A stretch of DNA of 64,000 nucleotides, taken from assembly GCA_040385585.1 (NCBI GenBank), contig JAZKHB010000015.1:2545-66544 (forward strand). The letters are read 5' to 3'. Numbering within the stretch: position 1 is the stretch's first letter; each line of letters begins with the position of its first letter. The position numbers and the translations under genes are program-made. Below the pieces are notes generated by a model that searched no databases, was not told the origin of the DNA, and saw nothing but the letters and a program-made list of their open reading frames with translations. The DNA is from Pseudomonadota bacterium (GTDB lineage Bacteria; Pseudomonadota; Gammaproteobacteria; Pseudomonadales; Pseudomonadaceae). Shown in pieces: positions 1 to 8,596 of this stretch.

Positions 1-533
1 GTACGCGGGTTGCGGCGCAGGCCCAGGCAGCCCATCAGGTCGTTGCCGCCGATGCGCAGGGCGATGATCCGCCGGGCGTCGCCAGCCAGCAGGGCGGCGC
101 GCAGCTCACTCATGGCGCCGGGGTCGAAGACCTCGGCGGTTTCCAGGGTCGGCATCAGACACAGGTGCGAGGCGGCGACCGCCACTTCCCAGGCCCGCAG
201 GTTGTTCAGGCCCAGCTTGGGCAGGACGAAGCCGTCGACATGACGGATCAAGGGCCAGTCATTGAGCCGCGCCGCCATCTCCGAGGTGCGTGGGCGCACG
301 AACAACAGCGGCCCGCCGGCCGGACGGCCGCCACGGGCGTCGATCGCCTCCAGCAGGCCCTGCAGGTTGAGCAGCGCGACGTTGACGTCCAGTTCGGCCA
401 CCGCGTCCTCCAGGCACACCACCAGGGAGCGCAGACCGATGATCTTCTGGCCGAACACCACGTCCAGCAGGTCCTGGCGGGTGGCGGGCATATAGAGCGT
501 GGCGCCCAGTGCGTAGGGCGAGTGCTTGTCCAT
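1..533 (-). CDS. HpcH/HpaI aldolase / citrate-lyase-beta-like C-C lyase (Ter-associated); 3' end lies outside the window
   Basis: Own translation from ATG 533-531: MDKHSPYALGATLYMPATRQDLLDVVFGQKIIGLRSLVVCLEDAV...ALRIGGNDLMGCLGLRRNPR, which reads as a TIM-barrel lyase. Absent from the ORF track because it runs off the edge. Its ATG overlaps the upstream stop (TAATG). Confidence 0.7.
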   Translation of the reverse strand, partial: MDKHSPYALGATLYMPATRQDLLDVVFGQKIIGLRSLVVCLEDAVAELDVNVALLNLQGLLEAIDARGGRPAGGPLLFVRPRTSEMAARLNDWPLIRHVDGFVLPKLGLNNLRAWEVAVAASHLCLMPTLETAEVFDPGAMSELRAALLAGDARRIIALRIGGNDLMGCLGLRRNPR

Positions 534-1636
534 TAGCGGACCCTTTTGATGATGGTGACGGCCCGGTAGGGCCCCAAGGCCGCGCCGGCTTCTTCGACTT
601 CAATGCCCAGGCGGGCGGCCAGGTGCAGCAGCAACTGCACATCCTGGTCGGTCCGCGCGCGTACCAGCACGCTGTGCGGCACCCGCCGCAGCACGGCCCG
701 GGTGGCCTCGGCGATACCCGGCTTGATGCGGTTCGGGTTGTCGATGGCAAACCGCGCCGCCAGGTCGCCGATGGTCTGCCGGGCGCTGGCCTGCAGCATC
801 CGGCGCTGTTCGGTCGACCAGGGCTGGGCGGCGGCCACTGGAGCGCTCAGGCCCCGGCGCAGGCCATCGATTGTCTCGACAAAGGCGCGGGTGACATCAT
901 AAGGCCGTAGATTCTCATACTGCATGCAGCCGTGGTAGCCGCCGTCCTCGGTCCAGATGGTCCGCGAGATCAGCCCCGACACCGTGGCGCCGAGAATCCC
1001 CGAAGGAATCAGCCAGTCGTCGCTGGAGGGCGCGAGCCAGGCGTGACCACAGGGGTCGGCCAGGGTCACCAGCGGCGGCTCGCCGACGAAGCGCGGGTCG
1101 CCCCCCAGGCTGCGCGCCAGCTCCCCGGCGATGGCGCCCTTGCCGGTCCAGCCGTCGACGAAGACGATATTGGCCGCGCCATGGCGGGCGATCACTGCGT
1201 CCAGCGCGACCCGGTCCAGGCCGCGGTCGCGGATGATGCTCAGGCCGTAATGCCGCACCGCGCGGCCCCGCTCGGCCAGCGCCCGGCGCAGCAGCGCACC
1301 AAGGGGCGCGCCGGCGCGCACGAAGGACACCAGGGCGATGCTCGGCCCGGCGAAGCGCGCGTCCAGGGCGACCGCCAGGGCGGCCACGTCCGCGGCCATG
1401 CGCTGGCCGTTCTGCGCCAGGGCCTGGGCATAGAGTGCCTGGTGCACCTCGCCGGGCGGGTTTTCCGCGCCGATCATCTCGGAATAATGCCGTTGCTGGG
1501 ACTGGATCAGCCGCTCCTTCTCCTCGGCCGAGGTGATCTCGATCTGCAGCGGCTGCAGCAGAAAGTCCACGTCCTCGGGCAGGTAGCTGCCGTGCAGGCT
1601 GCGCAGGGCCTCAGACACCGGCGCCTCCCTGGGCAT
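533..1636 (-). CDS. Ter-associated PRTase-fold protein of the 'StiP' family
   Basis: 367-aa ORF starting at ATG 1636. Contains a PRPP-loop-like IVFVDGWTGKGAIAGEL and an N-terminal GSYLPEDVDFLL typical of the family as I recall it. Overlaps both neighbouring genes. Confidence 0.65.
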   Translation of the reverse strand: MPREAPVSEALRSLHGSYLPEDVDFLLQPLQIEITSAEEKERLIQSQQRHYSEMIGAENPPGEVHQALYAQALAQNGQRMAADVAALAVALDARFAGPSIALVSFVRAGAPLGALLRRALAERGRAVRHYGLSIIRDRGLDRVALDAVIARHGAANIVFVDGWTGKGAIAGELARSLGGDPRFVGEPPLVTLADPCGHAWLAPSSDDWLIPSGILGATVSGLISRTIWTEDGGYHGCMQYENLRPYDVTRAFVETIDGLRRGLSAPVAAAQPWSTEQRRMLQASARQTIGDLAARFAIDNPNRIKPGIAEATRAVLRRVPHSVLVRARTDQDVQLLLHLAARLGIEVEEAGAALGPYRAVTIIKRVR

Positions 1637-2396
1637 CCAGGCCCAGCACCGCGTCGGCCAACTGACCGCGGGTCGGCGTGCCCCACCAGTCGCACTCGCT
1701 CATAAAGCCCAGGTCGGACAGGCTGTCGCCGAATCCCAGCAGCGGGCGCTCGCCATGCAGGGCCCGGTCGCGGCGGATCCACTCCTGCACCGCCGTGCGC
1801 TTGCGCAGGCACTCGGGCAGAAACGCCAGGTTGTTGCCGTTGCGGTGCACGTACAGGCCCGTCAGGGGGTTGCGGGCGCGCACGGCGGCCAGCACCCGCG
1901 CCAGCACTTCGTCGTCGTCCTGGTTGTGCTTGATCACCACGTAGTTGGCCAGGCCGGCCTCCTCCACCACCCAACCGCGCAGGGAAATTTCCAGCGCTTC
2001 GCCCAGGCCCAGCACCTGCGCGCAGAGCAGCGGCAGGCTGTCCTGCTGGTCGGCCAGGCGCGCGCTCATCTGCGCGTGCCAGGTCGACTCCAGTTGACCC
2101 TCGGGCGTCAGCATCGCACCGCCATGGGCGCAGATGGCGCCGTGGCTGAAAGGCAGCTGCACCCGCTGATAAGCCTCGACGCTGCGCGCTGTCACTGGCA
2201 CCACGTCGGCGCTGGCCAGCAGCCATTCCACGAACTGCTTCTGCACCGGACGCATAAAGCCGATGGGCGCGCCCTGCAGATCCAGGGCCGCGGAGTGCCG
2301 CGGGCCGTCGCGCCAGGGGCCGGCGTCGAGCTTGCGGGCGCTCTGGAACAGGGTGTCGTCCAGATCGACGAATACCAGCGGACGTTCAAGGGCCAT
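1611..2396 (-). CDS. HAD-superfamily phosphatase (Ter-associated)
   Basis: 261 aa. HAD motif I is VFVDLDDTLF (DxDxT); the C-terminal GFGDSLSDLGFM resembles motif IV. Overlaps the upstream PRTase by 11 nt and the downstream gene by 26 nt. Confidence 0.8.
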   Translation of the reverse strand: MALERPLVFVDLDDTLFQSARKLDAGPWRDGPRHSAALDLQGAPIGFMRPVQKQFVEWLLASADVVPVTARSVEAYQRVQLPFSHGAICAHGGAMLTPEGQLESTWHAQMSARLADQQDSLPLLCAQVLGLGEALEISLRGWVVEEAGLANYVVIKHNQDDDEVLARVLAAVRARNPLTGLYVHRNGNNLAFLPECLRKRTAVQEWIRRDRALHGERPLLGFGDSLSDLGFMSECDWWGTPTRGQLADAVLGLDAQGGAGV

Positions 2397-3513
2397 CGAC
2401 TATCACCTCGGCATTCAGGGCGGCGACCAGCCGCGGATCGACCGCCGCGGCCGGCGTTTCGCTGCACAGCAGCACCCGGTCGAACTGACCGGGGGCGACG
2501 TTATACAGGAAGTTGGCGATACCCAGGCCATAGTTGTCGGTAAACGCCAGGGCGTGCTGCACCGCATGGCCCAGGGCGATGGGCGAGCGGCTGGTGGAGG
2601 AAAAGTGCACGTCGGCACCGCGCTGCTCCAGGGCCTCGGCCAGCAGAAAGGGCCGCCACACATGCTCGCTGGTGCCCAACACCAGGATCCGCTCGCCGGG
2701 ACGCAGCTGCACCTGGCGGCTGAGGGTCTCGCGGTGGCTGCGCACGCCCAGGCGCGCCCAGTCGTTTTCCGGCTGCAGGGGCCAGTCGCCGCGGGCCACG
2801 CTGTCGACCTTGGGCATGTCCGGCAACGGCGCGTCAGGATCGGCATGCCACTGGTAACGGCCCTCGAGCAGCGCCACCGAGCGGGCGTGTGGCCCCAGGG
2901 CCTGGCTGACCGCGCCTTCGGACCAGTCGGTCAGGGTCGCGGTGACCACCTGTTCGATCCGGCTCAGGCCCGCCTCCAGCAGCGCCCGGTACAGGTTGAT
3001 AAAGGTCTTGCCGGTGCTGGCCTCGTCGTCCACCAGCACCAGGCTGCGCGCCTGCATGACCCGGCGCAGGGTTTCCGGGTCCTGGGGCAGGTGCATCAGG
3101 TGCGCGCTGGCGTGGCTGTGCTCTTCCTCGAAGCGGCAGAGCAGCGGCGTGCCCAGCGGGTGGCGGGTGCTGGTCAGGTAGACGCTGTCGTCGCGGCGCC
3201 GGCTCAGCTCGCGCTGCACCCCGGCGCCCAGACCCACCGCGGTTTCCGCCATGCCCAGCACCAGCACCGGTCCCGGCAGGTCGGCGGGAATCAGCGCGGC
3301 CAGGGCGCCGAACGCCTCGGCCATGCGCGCCGGGCGCACCGGGATATGCCGGCCCAGCACCTTGGAGACGAACAGAAAGGCGCGCTTGGGGTTGCGCCGC
3401 TCGGCGAAGCCGAACAGGGCATCCGGCGCCTCGCTGGCACGGCTGACCTGCACATCCAGGCGTCCGCGGGCGAGCTGCACCTGCCGATCAGGGGGGAGAG
3501 AAACGTCGGTCAT
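2386..3513 (-). CDS. Phosphoribosyltransferase-domain protein (Ter-associated PRTase with C-terminal extension)
   Basis: PRPP-binding motif SLVLVDDEASTGKTF. The ORF opens at a TTG (3537); I chose the first ATG (3513, MTDVSLPP). Confidence 0.75.
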   Translation of the reverse strand: MTDVSLPPDRQVQLARGRLDVQVSRASEAPDALFGFAERRNPKRAFLFVSKVLGRHIPVRPARMAEAFGALAALIPADLPGPVLVLGMAETAVGLGAGVQRELSRRRDDSVYLTSTRHPLGTPLLCRFEEEHSHASAHLMHLPQDPETLRRVMQARSLVLVDDEASTGKTFINLYRALLEAGLSRIEQVVTATLTDWSEGAVSQALGPHARSVALLEGRYQWHADPDAPLPDMPKVDSVARGDWPLQPENDWARLGVRSHRETLSRQVQLRPGERILVLGTSEHVWRPFLLAEALEQRGADVHFSSTSRSPIALGHAVQHALAFTDNYGLGIANFLYNVAPGQFDRVLLCSETPAAAVDPRLVAALNAEVIVDGP

Positions 3514-3554
3514 GGGGGTTCCACGCAAAACCAGCAAGAAACAAGGCAGAGCAT

Positions 3555-3585
3555 AACGAAAACAGCCGCGAGCAGAGCCCGCGGC
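3555..3585 (-). terminator. Possible intrinsic terminator/attenuator inside the minus-strand Ter operon
   Basis: Minus strand reads GCCGCG-GGCTCTGCT-CGCGGC followed by TGTTTTCGTT. It lies in the 95-nt gap between the DUF1523 gene and the PRTase gene. The stem is short (6 bp), so this is tentative. Confidence 0.35.
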
Positions 3586-3632
3586 AGGTCAGGGTCGACG
3601 AGAAGTGGCGATGGCCTCGGGCGCAGCCCTGG

Positions 3633-4181
3633 CTAGCGTTGCGCAACCTCGCGGTTGGCCCGGCGCGTGCGCAACAGGCTTGCCACGCGCCAGCCGATAA
3701 ACAGCAGCAGCGCCGCCAGCAGCGTCAGAAACAGGGTATTGAACAAGGGGAACGGCTCATCGCGGCTAGTGGTGGCCTCGATGGAGATCAGGTTGGGGAA
3801 TGTCGAGAGTATCTGGATGCGCCAGCCGTAATAGCGGATCAGCGCCAGTTGATCGGCATCGCGGGACAACCCCTGGGCCCGGGCCTGCACATCGGCCGAG
3901 TCGAACTTGAAGTGCCAGGGGAAGCCCCAGCCGGTGTCCTCGTTGCGATAGACCCTGACTTCCTGGGTATCCGGGTGCTGAGTGTTGATGTAATAGACAT
4001 CGCGTGTCGGGCCGTCGGCCAGGTTTTCCGCATTGATCACGCCATCTTTATCGACCCGCTTGACCTCCACCCCGGTCACCTGCACCACCTCGTGGCGCGG
4101 CAGCAGGTAGTCCAGGGCGACGCCCGTGGCCAGCACCAGCAGCACGACCAGTGCAGCCAGTATCTTCTTCAGTACGCTCAT
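3633..4181 (-). CDS. DUF1523-like membrane-anchored protein
   Basis: 182 aa. N-terminal TM helix (ILAALVVLLVLATGVAL) and C-terminal TM helix (LFNTLFLTLLAALLLFIGW). The central YYINTQHPDT...VYRNEDTGWGFPWHFKFDSADVQA matches my memory of DUF1523. Own Shine-Dalgarno GGAGAGGG. Confidence 0.6.
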   Translation of the reverse strand: MSVLKKILAALVVLLVLATGVALDYLLPRHEVVQVTGVEVKRVDKDGVINAENLADGPTRDVYYINTQHPDTQEVRVYRNEDTGWGFPWHFKFDSADVQARAQGLSRDADQLALIRYYGWRIQILSTFPNLISIEATTSRDEPFPLFNTLFLTLLAALLLFIGWRVASLLRTRRANREVAQR

Positions 4182-4254
4182 ATCCCTCTCCAGTTAAACC
4201 TTGTAAGTGCCGCTAGCGGCCTATCAGCTCAGAGCCCCTTGGGCCCCCAGGCGT

Positions 4255-5400
4255 TCAGTGAACCTTGGCTTCGACTCGCCACAACGACGCCTGCACCTGA
4301 CGGATCAGTTCCGGCGTCGTCATGCTCCGCTCAGGGCGGGCCCGGGCCACCGGCACCCCCGCGGCCTCGAGAAAAGCCAGCACCAGGGCGCTCTTGACCG
4401 CGAAATTCATGTTCTGGGTGTCGCGCATCGAGGAGGTCACCACCCCGGCCACCAGACCGCTGGGGTCGAACACCGGACCGCCGCTGGACCCCGGCTGGAT
4501 CGGCGCGGTGAACTGCAGCAGCCCGGCATCGTCGAACGGCCCGAACAGCCCCGACACGCAGCCCTGGGTCACCTGCACCCCGCCGCCGGCCACGCCAGCC
4601 AGGGGAAAGCCCAGGGTGACGATATTCTCCCCCAGCTCGCAGCCCGGTCCCTCGCGAAAGGTCACCGGCTGAAAGCCACGGGTATCGGGCACGCGCAGCA
4701 GCGCCAGGTCGTTCTTGCTGTCCATCACCACCAGTTCGGCGCCGTGACGGCCATCGAAGGAGACGATACTAAGGCTGTCGACGCCTTCGATCACATGGGC
4801 ACAGGTAAGGATATGTTGCGAAGACACGGCAAAGCCGGTGCCGGTGCAGCTGCGCCGCTCGGCCGCCGCACCGCCGCCTTGGGGCCGTTGGGGGTGGCGC
4901 TCATCCAGCTCCACGCCCAGGCGCCGGCCCAGCGCCGCCAGGCCGTAGGCCGAACCGTCGGCCAGGGCACGCACCTTCCACTGGCCTTGGCGCCGGTACA
5001 GCTCCGCCAGGACCATGGCCGACTCACCCGAATCGCTCAGGTCGTGGCTGTATTCGATGCCGGCATCGACTTTCAGGCTCACCCGGCCCAGGCGCTGCAA
5101 CGGGCCGATGGCCTGGAACACATAGAGAATCACCAGCACCCGTTCCACCGCCGGCGGCAGTTGCGCCAGGGTACAGCTGCAACTCAGCTCGTCTTTCTGG
5201 CCCTGCCAGGTGAGCCAGGCGGTGTCCGGGCGATGGATCAGCGCCACCTCGCCCTGGGGCGTGCGCCGCTCGTCCACCGGCAGCAGGGCCAGGCCGGCGT
5301 AATCGCCCAACAGGCCGTCGCTGACGCTACGATCCAGGATCAAGCGGCACTGCTGCTGATCGGCCAAGGGCGCATTGGCACCCGGGGTCAGGGTGATCAT
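4255..5400 (-). CDS. TerD-like domain fused to a trypsin-like (S1/Trypsin_2-type) serine protease
   Basis: 381 aa. The N-terminal ~165 aa resemble TerA-N/TerD (MITLTPGANAPL..., AMVLAELYRRQGQWKVRALADGSAYGLAALGRRLGV). The C-terminal half carries TCAHV (His202), NDLALL (Asp231) and GSSGGP (Ser306). ATGA overlap with the ATP-grasp gene. Confidence 0.8.
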   Translation of the reverse strand: MITLTPGANAPLADQQQCRLILDRSVSDGLLGDYAGLALLPVDERRTPQGEVALIHRPDTAWLTWQGQKDELSCSCTLAQLPPAVERVLVILYVFQAIGPLQRLGRVSLKVDAGIEYSHDLSDSGESAMVLAELYRRQGQWKVRALADGSAYGLAALGRRLGVELDERHPQRPQGGGAAAERRSCTGTGFAVSSQHILTCAHVIEGVDSLSIVSFDGRHGAELVVMDSKNDLALLRVPDTRGFQPVTFREGPGCELGENIVTLGFPLAGVAGGGVQVTQGCVSGLFGPFDDAGLLQFTAPIQPGSSGGPVFDPSGLVAGVVTSSMRDTQNMNFAVKSALVLAFLEAAGVPVARARPERSMTTPELIRQVQASLWRVEAKVH

Positions 5401-6413
5401 CCGTGCAATTCCTGGGTGGCGGGCGGGAGGGCAACTGGCGTGGTAATGGCTTTGACCGTCACCCCGTCGCGCCAGGCGCTGACCGGCTCCGGCAAGCCGA
5501 GACGGCGAGTGGCGAAGATACCCGGCAGGTTGATCCCGGCCAGGGCCGTGTAACCGATACCGCCGGAGGGGCGCAGGTTGATTTCCAGCAGATGGGGCAG
5601 GCCCTCCGCGTCCTCGCGGGTCTGTACGTTGACAATCCCGTCACAGCCGAAATACGCCGCCGCCGCCAAGGCCAGGTCCACCGCCGGGCTCTCGCGCTCC
5701 AGGCGCTGCACCGTGCCAGCCTTGCGCCGCGCGACCCAGGCCACCACCGTACCAGCCTCGCAGACCATGTCCACCGAGCACTCCTCGCCCGCCAGGTAGC
5801 GCATCACCAGCTGCGGCTTGAGCTTGCGCGCGCGGGCATAAGCCTCGACAAAGGCCGGGGCGTGCACCCGGCGCGCATCGGGATTGGCGAAGCAGGCGAA
5901 GGGATCGCAATCCGCTTCCAGCCGCCAGAAACCCTGGCCATAGATGCCGTGAGTGGGTTTGACGCACACCGGGCCGTCGGCGGCCAGCCGGTCGATGGCC
6001 GTCTGCAGCTGCTCGGCCGACTCGACCACGATGGATTCGGCGCAGCGCAGGCCCGCGGCCTGGGCCGCGGCGGTGAACAGGCCCTTGTCGTCGACACGCT
6101 CGAAGCAGGCCAGGGACAGGGCGCCGGTGACCAGCTGGATACCGGCCGCCTCGAACTGTTGACGCGCCGGCTCGAACAGCTGCCCCGCGCGCCCGGCCAG
6201 CACCACGCGGATGCCGTGTTCGCGGGCCCGGGCCAGGACCCAGGGGATGCGCTCGGCGTCCTCGGCCGGCTCGCGCCAGGCCTGGTCGGCCATGCCGGTG
6301 ATTTCCGGGCGGTGCTGGCGATGGGAGGCATAGACCGTGACCGCGGCCGGCAGGACGCGCCGGGCCGCTTCGATCACTTCACGCTGGCTGGATTGGCCTT
6401 CCAGGAACCACAT
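5397..6413 (-). CDS. ATP-grasp enzyme (Ter-associated)
   Basis: ATP-grasp signatures VCVKPTHGIYGQGFW and HLLEINLRPSGGIGYT. The track ORF extends to 6560, but its N-terminal 49 aa look non-coding, so I chose ATG 6413 (MWFLEGQ). Confidence 0.75.
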   Translation of the reverse strand: MWFLEGQSSQREVIEAARRVLPAAVTVYASHRQHRPEITGMADQAWREPAEDAERIPWVLARAREHGIRVVLAGRAGQLFEPARQQFEAAGIQLVTGALSLACFERVDDKGLFTAAAQAAGLRCAESIVVESAEQLQTAIDRLAADGPVCVKPTHGIYGQGFWRLEADCDPFACFANPDARRVHAPAFVEAYARARKLKPQLVMRYLAGEECSVDMVCEAGTVVAWVARRKAGTVQRLERESPAVDLALAAAAYFGCDGIVNVQTREDAEGLPHLLEINLRPSGGIGYTALAGINLPGIFATRRLGLPEPVSAWRDGVTVKAITTPVALPPATQELHG

Positions 6414-6748
6414 ATCTTTATCCTTAAAGGTACGGCAGGGCCGGCGCAGGGCAGTTATCGCCGGTGCTGGCCGGCAGAATCGGGCCCGGGGTCGGGCGTT
6501 GGCAAACAAAGTAAGACACATCCGGAAAAAGGTCGGCTGGCTACCCGCCCGGAGGATCATTTACCATCTTAATAGTGTATGGCTAATGAAGGCGAATCAG
6601 TCGCATCGTTATGCCAGAATCGTCCTTCACCGGCGATCACCTGCAGGCATGCCCGGCCCCTATCGGCTGAGGGCGCTTCCAGGCGCAGGCTAGAGCCCCG
6701 GCACGGGCACCGATGTTCCCTTTCCAACCACGGCACGGATTCCTACCG
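6414..6748. promoter_or_regulatory. Divergent control region between the Ter enzyme operon and terZABCDE
   Basis: 335-bp non-coding gap between divergent first genes. It has an AT-richer core at ~6555-6640 within an otherwise GC-rich sequence. Confidence 0.55.
6561..6589 (+). promoter_or_regulatory. Candidate sigma70-type promoter for terZ
   Basis: TTACCA, 17-nt spacer, TAATGA. This would give a ~155-nt leader. It is a pattern match by eye only. Confidence 0.25.
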
Positions 6749-7336
6749 ATGAGCATCTCCCTCGCGAAAAACCAGACCATCTCCCTGGAAAAGCAAAGCA
6801 GCAGCCTGAGCAAGGTCAGCATGGGCCTGGGTTGGGATCCGGCAAAACCCACTGGCTTCTTCGGCAAAATGCTGGGCGGCGCCAGCGACATCGACCTCGA
6901 CGCCTCCTGCATCCTCTTTGACGCCCAGAAGCAGCCACTGGACAATATCTGGTTCCAGCAACTGCAATCGCGCGATGGCGCCATCCAGCACTCCGGCGAC
7001 AACCGCACCGGTGAAGGCGACGGCGACGACGAAACCATCCAGGTCGACCTCGATCGCCTGCCGGCCAACGTGCAGACCCTGGTCTTCACCGTCAACTCCT
7101 TCCAGGGCCAGACCTTCGACAAGGTCGCCAACGCCTATTGCCGCCTCGTCGACCTGGGCTCGCGCAAGGAACTGGCCCGCTTCGACCTGACCGGCAAGGG
7201 TTCGCACACCGGCGTGGTCATGGCCATGCTCAAGCGCACCGCCAACGGCTGGGACATGACCGCCATCGGCACGCCGACCAACGGCCGCACCGTGCAGGAC
7301 CTGCTGAACCTGGCCGCCCAGGCCATTCCGGCATGA
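6749..7336 (+). CDS. terZ: TerD-family protein, TerZ position
   Basis: MSISLAKNQTISLEKQSS...GLGWDPA; Ca-binding motif GDNRTGEGDGDDE. Start chosen by the canonical TerD N-terminus (M13 of the track ORF). ATGA overlap with terA. Confidence 0.88.
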   Translation: MSISLAKNQTISLEKQSSSLSKVSMGLGWDPAKPTGFFGKMLGGASDIDLDASCILFDAQKQPLDNIWFQQLQSRDGAIQHSGDNRTGEGDGDDETIQVDLDRLPANVQTLVFTVNSFQGQTFDKVANAYCRLVDLGSRKELARFDLTGKGSHTGVVMAMLKRTANGWDMTAIGTPTNGRTVQDLLNLAAQAIPA

Positions 7337-8571
7337 GTCTGCTGACGCCGGGCGCCAACGCGTCCGTGCCTAGCGGCACACTCAGCGCCACTGTGCGTTT
7401 CAGCCCGACCAGCGTGGCGGGCGCCGATATCGACGTCTCGGCGTTTCTGCTGACCACCGCGGGCAAGGTGCGCGGCGACCAGGACATGATTTTCTATGGG
7501 CAAAAAAGCAGCGCCGACACCAGCGTCACGCTCAGTGCCTCGAACCCCGGCCAGGTGAGCTTCAGCCTGGACCTGGAGCGCCTGGACCCGGCCATCGAGA
7601 AGATCGCCCTGACCGCGACCATCTACGAGAACCGCGCCACCTTCGCCACGCTGCAGAGCCTGGCCCTGAGCATCGAGCAGACCGGCACAGTGCTTATAGA
7701 AGCGCCCATCCCCACCCAGGGCATGGCGGAAACCGCGTTGATCCTCGGTGAGTTCTACCGTCGCCAGGGCGCCTGGAAATTCCGCTGCATCGCCCAGGGC
7801 TTCGCCGGCGGCCTGCAGCCCCTGGCCGAGCACTTCGGCATCACGGTAGCGGCGGCGGAACCGACTCCGGCGCCCCCGCCAGCGGCCGCGGCACCGGCTC
7901 CTTCGCCTAGCCCTGCACCGAGCCCCGCGCCACCGGCGAAAAGTACGGTCTCCCTGACCAAGATCACCCTGGACAAGCAGCGCAGCAGTATCAGCCTGGA
8001 GAAGACCGCCAGCGGCTTCGGCGAGATCCGCATCAACCTGAACTGGAACCGCGGCACACCCCAGGCCAGCAAAGGCCTGCTCTCCGGGCTGTTCGGCCGC
8101 GCCAGCAACGGCATCGACCTGGACGTCGGCTGCCTGTTCGAGCTGGCGGACGGCCGCAAGGGCGCGGTGCAGGCCCTGGGCGACGCCTTCGGCAGCTTCG
8201 AGCACCCGCCCTTTATCGAACTCAAGGGCGACGACCGTACCGGCGCGGTCAGCGACGGCGAATGGATGCGCATCAATGGCGGCCAGTGGGACGCGGTCAA
8301 GCGCGTCCTGATCTATGCCTTCATCTACGAAGGAGCACCCAACTGGTCCAATACCGGCGGGGTGATCACCCTGTATGTGCCGGGCCAGCCGCCGATCGAG
8401 GTGCAGCTGAGCGAGGGCACCAATAACATGAACATGTGCGCCATCGCCCTGCTGGAAAACGTCGGCGGCGCGGTTAAGGTGTCGCGCCAGGTGCGGTATT
8501 TCAAGGGTCACCAGGAGGTCGACCAGGCCTTCGGCTGGGGCATGCGCTGGGCCGCCGGTTCCAAGGACTAA
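7333..8571 (+). CDS. terA: TerA-like protein with two TerD-like domains joined by a Pro/Ala/Ser linker
   Basis: N-terminal half: MSLLTPGANASVP...[34 protein letters not shown]. Linker: AAAEPTPAPPPAAAAPAPSPSPAPSPAPPA. C-terminal half: ISLEKTASGFGEIRINLNW...GDDRTGAVSDGE. Confidence 0.85.
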   Translation: MSLLTPGANASVPSGTLSATVRFSPTSVAGADIDVSAFLLTTAGKVRGDQDMIFYGQKSSADTSVTLSASNPGQVSFSLDLERLDPAIEKIALTATIYENRATFATLQSLALSIEQTGTVLIEAPIPTQGMAETALILGEFYRRQGAWKFRCIAQGFAGGLQPLAEHFGITVAAAEPTPAPPPAAAAPAPSPSPAPSPAPPAKSTVSLTKITLDKQRSSISLEKTASGFGEIRINLNWNRGTPQASKGLLSGLFGRASNGIDLDVGCLFELADGRKGAVQALGDAFGSFEHPPFIELKGDDRTGAVSDGEWMRINGGQWDAVKRVLIYAFIYEGAPNWSNTGGVITLYVPGQPPIEVQLSEGTNNMNMCAIALLENVGGAVKVSRQVRYFKGHQEVDQAFGWGMRWAAGSKD

Positions 8572-8596
8572 TACGTTTCGCTTAGAGGAAAACATC

